From assembly GCA_036560185.1 (NCBI GenBank), contig DATBRS010000135.1, forward strand, positions 3,583 to 67,582: a stretch of 64,000 nucleotides of DNA, written 5' to 3'. Below the pieces are notes generated by a model. That model saw nothing but the letters and a program-made list of their open reading frames with translations. It was not told where the DNA came from and ran no database searches. Origin of the DNA: Myxococcota bacterium (lineage in GTDB: Bacteria; Myxococcota_A; UBA9160; UBA6930). The position numbers were made by a program, and so were the translations under genes. Shown piece after piece: positions 8,890-16,150 of the stretch (position 1 is its first letter; every line of letters starts with the position of its first letter).

Positions 8890-9834
8890 ATGCGGGCCGC
8901 GAAGATTCGCTGTGGCATCGGCGTCGCCGCCTTCGGCTTCGATCGCGCGCGCGACTACTTCGCGTTCGCGGAGCAGTGCGAGGCCGGCGGCGTCGATTCG
9001 TTGTGGCAGACCGACCGGCTCGTCGGCGTGGACGCGCAGCTCGAGCCGATGGCGGCGATGGCTTCGCTGGCGGGCGCGACCGAGCGCATCAAGTTCGGGA
9101 TGAACGCGGTGGTCGTCGCCTACCGCGATCCGCTCGTGCTCGCGAAGGAGTGCGCGACCATCGACTTCCTCTCGGGCGGCCGCTTGCTGCCGGTGTTCGG
9201 AGTCGGCTTCGAGGGCGATCCCACCTGGCGGGCGACCGGCCGCGATCCCGCTGCGCGCGGCAAGCGCTCGGACGAGACGCTCGAGATCATGGCGCGGCTC
9301 TGGAATGGCGAGAGCGTGGACTTCACCGGCGCGCACTTCACTTATCAGGGCGCGCGCATCTCCCCACTGCCGGTGCAGAAGCCGCTGCCGCTCTGGATCG
9401 GCGGGCACAGCCCGGCCGCGATTCGCCGCACGGCGCGGCTGGGGACGGGCTGGCTCGGCGGGCTGATGGCGCCGAGCGAGATCGCCGGCGTGGTCGCGGC
9501 CATCCGCGCCGAGTGCGCGAAGACCGGGCGCGCGATCGACGCGGATCACTACGGCGCGACGATTCCGTTCCGCTTCGGCAGCGCGGACGACCCCCTCGTG
9601 CAGCGCTTCGCGAGCCGCGCGGCGGCGCGCTCGCCGCAGGCGCAGCGCGGCGACGGCGCGGCGGAGAGCCAGATCGTCGCGGGCAAGCCCGCCGACTTGG
9701 TCGCGCGTATCCAGCAGTACGTAGCAGGCGGCGTCTCGAAGTTCGTGCTGCTGCCGCTCGCACAGGGCACGCAGGATCTGCGCGAGCAGACCGCCCGCGC
9801 GATCGCGGAAGTGAAGCCCGCGGTGGAGAACTGA
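8890..9834 (+). CDS. LLM-class (luciferase-like) flavin/F420-dependent oxidoreductase
   Basis: ATG 8890 lies inside track ORF 8788-9834. MRAAKIRCGIGVAAF...GGVDSLWQTDRL...IKFGMNAVVVAYRDPLVLAKECATIDFLSGGRLLPVFGVGF is an LLM TIM-barrel pattern. Confidence 0.8.
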   Translation: MRAAKIRCGIGVAAFGFDRARDYFAFAEQCEAGGVDSLWQTDRLVGVDAQLEPMAAMASLAGATERIKFGMNAVVVAYRDPLVLAKECATIDFLSGGRLLPVFGVGFEGDPTWRATGRDPAARGKRSDETLEIMARLWNGESVDFTGAHFTYQGARISPLPVQKPLPLWIGGHSPAAIRRTARLGTGWLGGLMAPSEIAGVVAAIRAECAKTGRAIDADHYGATIPFRFGSADDPLVQRFASRAAARSPQAQRGDGAAESQIVAGKPADLVARIQQYVAGGVSKFVLLPLAQGTQDLREQTARAIAEVKPAVEN

Positions 9835-9924
9835 GCGGCCTCGCGCATCCGTGCTGGCGCGTCCGGCGCGCGCGGCCGAGGCGGAGGGAGATAAGCTGCG
9901 AGGCCCAGCTCCGAGGAGTCTCCG

Positions 9925-10416
9925 ATGCCGATCGACCTGAACGCGCTCGAAGAGATCAAGCAGCTCAAGTACCGCTACGTGCGCGGCGTCGACCGCAAGC
10001 TCTGGGCCGAGCTGCGCGAGACGCTCGCCGAGGACGCGACGTCCTCCTACGGCGGCGGCAAGTACAGCTTCAAGGGCCGCGACGCGATCATGGCGTTCCT
10101 CGAGAAGTCGATGGCGTCGCCGAAGTTCCTGTCGAGCCACACCGTGCATCAGCCGGAGATCAGCTTCGAGAGCCCGACCCGCGCGCGCGGGATCTGGGCG
10201 CTGCACGACACGGTGATCAACCTCGAGCAGGGCTGGACGCTGAACGGCTCCGCGTTCTACGAGGACGTCTACGTGAGAGGCGCCGACGGCCGCTGGCGCA
10301 TTCAGCACACCGGCTACACGCGCACCTACGAAGAGGTGGCGCTGCGCGCGAAGACCGGCGCCAAGGTGACCGAGAGCTTCTGGGGCGAGAAGGAGATGGA
10401 GTTCAAGGCGGTGTGA
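9925..10416 (+). CDS. NTF2/SnoaL-like family protein (cytoplasmic paralog of 30822-31484)
   Basis: Track ORF (163 aa). IKQLKYRYVRGVD...HDTVINLEQGWTLNGSAFYEDVYVR aligns clearly with the protein at 30822-31484. Confidence 0.7.
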   Translation: MPIDLNALEEIKQLKYRYVRGVDRKLWAELRETLAEDATSSYGGGKYSFKGRDAIMAFLEKSMASPKFLSSHTVHQPEISFESPTRARGIWALHDTVINLEQGWTLNGSAFYEDVYVRGADGRWRIQHTGYTRTYEEVALRAKTGAKVTESFWGEKEMEFKAV

Positions 10417-10426
10417 GGGGCGCGAG

Positions 10427-10831
10427 CTACTTCGCGCCGCGCATGGCGTCCACGCTCCAGATGCCCGAGCCCTTCGACGCGATCACCAGGAATGCGAAGC
10501 AGTACGCGACCGCGAGCTCGCCCTGATTCACGAGCGGGATGAGGCTGTGGCTCGGGTTGCCAGGCCCGAACACGTGGCCCATGAAGTAGGCGGCCGCCAT
10601 CGTGCCAGAGACGAGGAAGCCCGCCGGCCCAGCGGCGAGACCGATCGCGACCAGCAAGCCGCCGGCGAACTCGATGCCGCCCGCTCCATATCGGATCAAG
10701 CCCGGCACGCCCTCCGGAAGTCCGCCGAACCAGCCGAGGAGTTTCTGGCAGCCGTGCTGGAGCATCAGTAGACCGGAAATGATTCGGAAGGCGGCGTAGA
10801 TCTTGTCGGCGTGGGGCGCGAGAAAGCCCAT
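10427..10831 (-). CDS. DoxX family membrane protein
   Basis: Track ORF (134 aa). FRIISGLLMLQHGCQKLLGWFGG plus four hydrophobic helices. GGAG lies upstream of the ATG. Confidence 0.8.
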   Translation of the reverse strand: MGFLAPHADKIYAAFRIISGLLMLQHGCQKLLGWFGGLPEGVPGLIRYGAGGIEFAGGLLVAIGLAAGPAGFLVSGTMAAAYFMGHVFGPGNPSHSLIPLVNQGELAVAYCFAFLVIASKGSGIWSVDAMRGAK

Positions 10832-11017
10832 GAGCGTCTCCGTTCGTGATCTTGTGTTGCGAAGCCTGCGATGCGCGTGGGCATTCTATGCCGCGGCCGA
10901 GGCGTCCTGGGTCAGGAAAACGCGCTCGCGCTCTCGCATGAGGCGCGCGGGGTCGATGCGGGCGTAACCCGCACACGCGCTGAAGCGTCAGGGACCCGCG
11001 ATCCCGAAGGAGCAGCG

Positions 11018-11989
11018 ATGCGACTGATTCGTCCGAGCCTGATGCCCGAGCGCGACGTGACGCCCGAGGCGATCTGCCTCCAGCGCCGGTCGTTCCTGCG
11101 CGCTGGCGCAGCGTTCTCGGCCGCGGCGCTGTTCGGCTGCGGCGACGACAATGCCGCGCGCGCCGCGACCCCCGCTCCCGCCGAGCTCGCGACGCTCCCG
11201 AACGTCGTTCCAGCGCCGGAGCGCTTCCGCACGAGCGAAGCCCTGACGCGTCGCGAAGACGCGACCGCGTACAACAACTTCTACGAGTTCGGGACGGACA
11301 AAGATGATCCGGCGCAGAACGCGCACTCGCTGCGCGTGCGGCCGTGGGCGCTCGCGGTCGAGGGCGCGGTGGCGCAGCCGGGCGTGCTCGACGTCGACGC
11401 GCTGCTGCGAGCGTTCCCGCTCGAGGAGCGCATCTACCGGCTGCGCTGCGTCGAGGCGTGGTCGATGGTGATCCCGTGGGTCGGCATCCCGCTCGCAGAC
11501 GTGCTGAAGCGTTTCGCGCCGACCGCGGAGGCGAAGTACGTCGCGTTCGAGACGCTCGTCGACAAGACGCAGATGCCCGGCCAGCGCCGTTCCACGCTCG
11601 ATTGGCCCTATCGCGAAGGGCTGCGCCTCGACGAGGCGATGCATCCGCTCGCGATCCTCGCCGTCGGCATGTACGGGCGCGCGCTGCCGAATCAGAACGG
11701 CGCGCCGCTGCGCCTGGTCGTGCCCTGGAAGTACGGCTTCAAGAGCATCAAGTCGATCGTGAAGATGAAGCTGGTTCCGCGCATGCCGCGCACGACCTGG
11801 AGCGACGAGAACGCGAACGAGTACGGCTTCTACGCCAACGTGAATCCGGCGGTCGACCATCCGCGCTGGAGTCAGAAGAGCGAGCGCCGCATCGGCGAGT
11901 GGAGCAAGCGGCCGACGCTGCCCTTCAACGGCTACGGCGAGCAGGTCGCGAGCCTCTATCAGGGCATGAACCTGCGCAGGTACTACTGA
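11018..11989 (+). CDS. msrP: Protein-methionine-sulfoxide reductase catalytic subunit MsrP (YedY)
   Basis: ATG 11018 is preceded by GAAGGAG. Tat-type signal [19 protein letters not shown]. Blocks [25 protein letters not shown] and [18 protein letters not shown]. Confidence 0.9.
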   Translation: MRLIRPSLMPERDVTPEAICLQRRSFLRAGAAFSAAALFGCGDDNAARAATPAPAELATLPNVVPAPERFRTSEALTRREDATAYNNFYEFGTDKDDPAQNAHSLRVRPWALAVEGAVAQPGVLDVDALLRAFPLEERIYRLRCVEAWSMVIPWVGIPLADVLKRFAPTAEAKYVAFETLVDKTQMPGQRRSTLDWPYREGLRLDEAMHPLAILAVGMYGRALPNQNGAPLRLVVPWKYGFKSIKSIVKMKLVPRMPRTTWSDENANEYGFYANVNPAVDHPRWSQKSERRIGEWSKRPTLPFNGYGEQVASLYQGMNLRRYY

Positions 11990-12019
11990 GCCGGCGGGCT
12001 CCCGAGCGGGAACCAGCAG

Positions 12020-12622
12020 ATGCAGCCGCGCATGAATCGCGAGCTCGTCCACGGCCTCGTCGTCGCAGGCGCGCTCGTGCCGCTCGCCTGGCTCGCGTTC
12101 GGCGCGGCCCAGGGCGGCCTCGGCGCGAATCCGGTGGAGACGATCACCCACGTCACCGGCGCCTGGGCGCTGAAGTCATTGCTCGCGTGCCTCGCGATCA
12201 CGCCGCTGCGCCGCCTCTCGCCGCGGCTCGCAGCGCTCGCGCCGTTTCGGCGCACGTTCGGCCTGCTCGCCTTCCTGTACGCGACGCTGCACGCCCTCAC
12301 GTTCTTCGCGCTCGATCTCGGGTTCGCTCTCGCACGCCTCGCGGAGGAGATCGCCGAGCGCCCGTACGTGACGCTCGGCTTCGCGGCGCTCTGTCTGCTG
12401 GCGCCGCTCGCGCTCACCTCGACGCGCGGCTGGCAGCGCCGGCTCGGGCCGCGCTGGGTGAAGCTGCACCGGCTCGTCTACGTCGCGGCCGCGCTCGCGG
12501 CGGCGCACTTCGTCTGGCTCGTGAAGAAGGACCTGCGCGAGCCGCTCATTTACGCAGCGCTGCTCGCGCTGCTGCTCGGCGCGCGCGTGGTGTGGAGGTT
12601 GCGCCGGCGCGCGAGTAGTTAG
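12020..12622 (+). CDS. msrQ: Methionine-sulfoxide reductase heme-binding subunit MsrQ (YedZ)
   Basis: Starts 30 nt after msrP. 200 aa polytopic membrane protein of the ferric-reductase-like TM family, with conserved His in LYATLHALTF and AAAHFVW. Confidence 0.88.
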   Translation: MQPRMNRELVHGLVVAGALVPLAWLAFGAAQGGLGANPVETITHVTGAWALKSLLACLAITPLRRLSPRLAALAPFRRTFGLLAFLYATLHALTFFALDLGFALARLAEEIAERPYVTLGFAALCLLAPLALTSTRGWQRRLGPRWVKLHRLVYVAAALAAAHFVWLVKKDLREPLIYAALLALLLGARVVWRLRRRASS

Positions 12623-12634
12623 GAAGAGCCGCGC

Positions 12635-13135
12635 CTAGCGCGTCTCGACCCGCGCCAGCTCCGCGCAGCCCGGTCGCGCGTCTTGCCAGCGCGCGACCGC
12701 GAGCGAGAGCACGGCGAACGACGCGGGCGAAAAGCCGCGCGCCAGCCGCGCGCGCACTCCCGGCGCCGCACGCCGCGCGAGCAGGCGCACGAGATCGGAG
12801 AGCCCCGGTTCGTGCGCGACGACGAGCACGCACTCCTCCGCCTCGCCGACGCGCTGGAGCGCGGCGAGCAGCTCGGCCGCGCTCGCGAGGTAGAGGCGCG
12901 CGTCGAGCTCGCTGTGCGTGAGCGCCGCGAGGGCGGGCTGCGCGGCCGCGAGCGTCGCGCTGGCGCGCAGCGCGGTGGAGCAGAGCGCGCGCGTCGGCGC
13001 CCAATCCGCGCCGAGCGCCGCGATCTTCCCGCCCGCCCGCACGGCCTCCTGCACACCCTCTGCGCTCAGCTCGCGCAGCGCGTCGTCGCTCGCCTGCAGC
13101 GCGGTCGCGTGGCGAAGCAAGATCGCGCGCTTCAT
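12635..13135 (-). CDS. sixA: Phosphohistidine phosphatase SixA-like (histidine phosphatase superfamily)
   Basis: Track ORF (166 aa). N-terminal MKRAILLRHA (RH motif) and VLVVAHEPGLS (second His motif). Confidence 0.7.
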   Translation of the reverse strand: MKRAILLRHATALQASDDALRELSAEGVQEAVRAGGKIAALGADWAPTRALCSTALRASATLAAAQPALAALTHSELDARLYLASAAELLAALQRVGEAEECVLVVAHEPGLSDLVRLLARRAAPGVRARLARGFSPASFAVLSLAVARWQDARPGCAELARVETR

Positions 13136-13232
13136 CCATCAGGCTCCCTGCGTAGTTTCCGGCGCTCGCCCTAACTCGCGGCGATTCCTCGCCTATGATT
13201 GCCGACTGCCGAATGAACCGGGGGAGGTGAGC

Positions 13233-14327
13233 GTGGCAAAGCATCCGCTGCTCGAACGCGCGGCGAGCGCAGAAGTCCGCAACGCGAAGGGATTCCGGGC
13301 GGTCGCCGCCTCGCTGAACGGAGAGATTCTCGCGGCCGAGTTCGCGGCGGAGCGCGAGGCCGCCCCGCAGCGCGCGGCGAGCGGACGCAAGCACCTCGTC
13401 GCGGCGAATCGGAAGCTCGCGGCGACGCGCAAGCCGGCGCGCGACAGCGAGCATCTCGCGCTGGCGCTCGCGACGCGCGCCGCGGAGGGCGGTGCGCCGC
13501 TCGCGCTGCCCGAAGCGGGCAGCTTCGCAGCGCTGCACGCCGGTGTGGTGTTGAAGAGCGCGCAGCCCGATGCGGCGCTCGGCGCGAGCGACCCGAACTG
13601 GGGCGCCGAGCCGATCGACCTGGTGGGCGTCGGCCCGGATGGCCGGCTCGCAGTCGCGGTCGTGCGCTGGCTCGCGCCGGGCGCGACGCGCGTGCAGACC
13701 GGCGACACGCCGCTGCGCGCGTTGCTCGAGGGCCTCGCGTGGGTCGCGGGCGTCGAAGCGAACCGCGAATCGCTGTGCGCCGAGCTCGCGGAGAAGACCG
13801 CCGAGGCGATCTCACCGGCACCGCCAGCGTTGCTGCTGGTCGCGAGCTTCCGCTGGTGGGAGCTCTCGCGGAAGCGCGAAGCGCAGAAGGGCGCGGCGTG
13901 GATCAAGGAGCTCGAGCGCCTCTCGCGCGAGATCGGCGCGAAGCTCGACATCCCCGTGCGCTTCCTGACGCTGCGCACGCCCGGCGATCCGGGCTTCTCC
14001 CACGAGAGCGGCGCGCCGCGTCTCGAGGGCGATCCGCGGCTCGAGCCCGCCTTCGAGCTGGGCGCGGACAAGGTGCGGCCGAAGGCGAAGCCGAGCGCGC
14101 GCAAGAAGTCGGCGGGGCCCGCGGCGCCCGTGGTGGTGACGGCCGATCTCTCGCGCGAGATCCGCAGCTACTCGGCGGGCGAGCACTATGCGGCTGGCGA
14201 CCGCGTGCAGCACAGCGTGCTCGGTCTCGGCGTCGTGCAGGGCAGCGCCGGCGTCGGCAAGATCAAGGTGCAGTTCGACGCGCGCGATGCGGTGCTCGTG
14301 CACGATCGCCGGGCGGCGGGTGGCTGA
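13233..14327 (+). CDS. Hypothetical protein; central IDLVGVGPDGRLAVAVV block (restriction-endonuclease-like strand pattern, catalytic residues not evident) and DUF3553-like C-terminal domain
   Basis: GTG 13233 lies 7 nt after GGGGGAG, inside track ORF 12918-14327 whose upstream part overlaps sixA antisense. The C-terminus AAGDRVQHSVLGLGVVQGSAGVGKIKVQFDARDAVLV resembles the small beta domain found at UvrD/PcrA C-termini (DUF3553). Confidence 0.6.
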   Translation: MAKHPLLERAASAEVRNAKGFRAVAASLNGEILAAEFAAEREAAPQRAASGRKHLVAANRKLAATRKPARDSEHLALALATRAAEGGAPLALPEAGSFAALHAGVVLKSAQPDAALGASDPNWGAEPIDLVGVGPDGRLAVAVVRWLAPGATRVQTGDTPLRALLEGLAWVAGVEANRESLCAELAEKTAEAISPAPPALLLVASFRWWELSRKREAQKGAAWIKELERLSREIGAKLDIPVRFLTLRTPGDPGFSHESGAPRLEGDPRLEPAFELGADKVRPKAKPSARKKSAGPAAPVVVTADLSREIRSYSAGEHYAAGDRVQHSVLGLGVVQGSAGVGKIKVQFDARDAVLVHDRRAAGG

Positions 14328-14997
14328 GCCCGGCTCCGCGCGCGAGTCCCTCGCCACCGAGCCGCGCGCCAGCGTCGCGCTGCGCGCCGGAGCGCTGGTG
14401 ACCACCACGATCGCGGCGGCGCTGTTCGCGCTCGCGTGTGCCCACCTTCCGCCCCAACAACTCGATGATCTGTGCGGGCTGTTCGCCGAGAAGCCCGAGT
14501 GGCGCGAGGCGACCGAGCGGTCGCGCGAGCGCTGGGGCGTCGCGCCGGCGATCTCGATGGCGATCCTCCATCAGGAATCGCGCTTCCGCGCGAAGGCGCG
14601 GCCGGGCTGGCGCATGGCCTTCGGGGTGATCCCCGTCGGGCCGGCGTCGTCGGCCTACGGCTACGGCCAGGTGCAGGACGCGGCCTGGAGCGACTACCGC
14701 GATCGCACCGGCAATCGCCATGCGAAGCGCGACGACTTCGCCGACGTGATCGACTTCGTCGGCTTCTACTCCGATCTGCTCGCGCGCACCGCGGGCATCG
14801 CGAAGGACGACGCCTTCCGCCTCTACCTCGGCTACCACGAGGGTCCGACCGGATTCCAGCGGCGCAGCTTCGATCAGAAGCCGTGGCTGTTCGGCGTGGC
14901 GAGCAAGGTCTCCGAGCGCGCCGCCCGCTACGCGCAGCAGACGAACGCCTGCCCGTGGCCGCCGGGCGGCGCGGTGGCGGTCTCCGCGACGCCCTGA
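14320..14997 (+). CDS. Putative lytic transglycosylase (SLT-like) exported protein
   Basis: GTG 14320 overlaps the upstream stop by 8 nt. N-terminal hydrophobic segment LVTTTIAAALFALACAH. ISMAILHQESRF (catalytic Glu-Ser context) and AYGYGQV resemble SLT-domain motifs. Confidence 0.6.
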   Translation: MAEPGSARESLATEPRASVALRAGALVTTTIAAALFALACAHLPPQQLDDLCGLFAEKPEWREATERSRERWGVAPAISMAILHQESRFRAKARPGWRMAFGVIPVGPASSAYGYGQVQDAAWSDYRDRTGNRHAKRDDFADVIDFVGFYSDLLARTAGIAKDDAFRLYLGYHEGPTGFQRRSFDQKPWLFGVASKVSERAARYAQQTNACPWPPGGAVAVSATP

Positions 14998-15001
14998 GCG
15001 C

Positions 15002-15787
15002 TCAGCGCGGGCGTACGATCGCGCGCAGCATCGGCAGCACCTCGTACTGGAAGCCGAGGCCCGAGCGCTTCGCCGGATCGTTCGCGATCAGGCCGTTCAC
15101 CTCGTTCGGGTGCTCCACCTCGACGACGCTCACGCCCCAGCCGCCGCTCGGATCCGCGACCGGCCCGAACGCGACCGCCGCTCCCTCGCCGAGCAGCTGC
15201 GTCCAGTAGCCGACGTGGTCGCGCATCACGTCCCGCTCGGCGCTGGTCATCGTCTGCATGAAGGTGGGACGCGGCGGAAGCAGGCGGATCAGGAAGTACG
15301 CCGGTGCGTTCGCGGCGCGCGCGCCGGCGTGCGCGGCGAGCCAGCCGAAGATGCGCGCCCAGCCTTGCGCGTGGCCCTCGCAGATTACGTCCGACGTGAA
15401 GCCTTCGTGGCGCAGGGTGAGGCGCGTCCCGCCGTCGATGGGATCGAGTCGGTAGTGCACCGTCGTCGCGTGGCCCGGATGCCAGCTCGGCCGCCACGTG
15501 AACGACACGCGGCGCGGCGCCTCGACCGCGAGATACTCGCCCTCGACGAAGAACGGGGCGCCGTCCGCGCCGACCCCGTCCGAGCGCCAGCTCCCGCCGA
15601 CGCGCAGGTCCGCGCGAAATGCCGTGGTGCGGTAGACGCCTTCCTGTCCCCACCACTCGACCACCTCGCGCGAGGTGAGCGCCGCGAACAGGCGCTCCGG
15701 CGTGGTCTCGATCTCGACGACGGCGTGCAGCGATCCGCTGGCGACGTCCGCGATCGCGCGCGGCCGCGCTCCGGCGAGTCTCGTCAT
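15002..15787 (-). CDS. SRPBCC (AHSA1/Aha1-like) domain fused to YciI-like domain
   Basis: Track ORF (261 aa). The N-terminal half ERLFAALTSREVVEWWG...RLTLRHEGF is the AHSA1 pattern. The C-terminal half FLIRLLPPRPTFMQTMTSAERDVMRDHVGYW...NDPA is YciI-like. Confidence 0.75.
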   Translation of the reverse strand: MTRLAGARPRAIADVASGSLHAVVEIETTPERLFAALTSREVVEWWGQEGVYRTTAFRADLRVGGSWRSDGVGADGAPFFVEGEYLAVEAPRRVSFTWRPSWHPGHATTVHYRLDPIDGGTRLTLRHEGFTSDVICEGHAQGWARIFGWLAAHAGARAANAPAYFLIRLLPPRPTFMQTMTSAERDVMRDHVGYWTQLLGEGAAVAFGPVADPSGGWGVSVVEVEHPNEVNGLIANDPAKRSGLGFQYEVLPMLRAIVRPR

Positions 15788-16104
15788 TTTACCTCCAGGT
15801 GACGCTTCAGGCGCGCGAGGCTCGAGTGCCAGAACGCGCGGTAGCCCTCGACCCAGCCGGCCACCTCGTGCAGCGGGCCCGGCTCGAGCGAGTAGAAGCG
15901 CTCGCGACCGAGGCGCTCCTCGCGCACCACGCCGGACTGGCGCAAAACGCGCAGATGCTTCGAGATCGCCGGCCGCGTCTCCGCGAAGCCGGCGGCGAGG
16001 TCGCCCGCGCGGGCCGGGCCTGCGCGCAGCCGGTCGAGGATCGCGCGCCGCGTGCCATGCGAGATGGCGCGGTAGACGTCGGAGCGGGGGTGGCTGCGCG
16101 GCAT
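15784..16104 (-). CDS. ArsR/SmtB family transcriptional regulator
   Basis: Track ORF (106 aa). Winged helix AISHGTRRAILDRL...AGDLAAGFAETRPAISKHLRVLRQSGVV. Its stop overlaps the downstream start (ATGA). Confidence 0.88.
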   Translation of the reverse strand: MPRSHPRSDVYRAISHGTRRAILDRLRAGPARAGDLAAGFAETRPAISKHLRVLRQSGVVREERLGRERFYSLEPGPLHEVAGWVEGYRAFWHSSLARLKRHLEVK

Positions 16105-16150
16105 CGCTTAGGTTCCCACTCGGTTACATATCAGCGGGAGCCGCCGCGCG

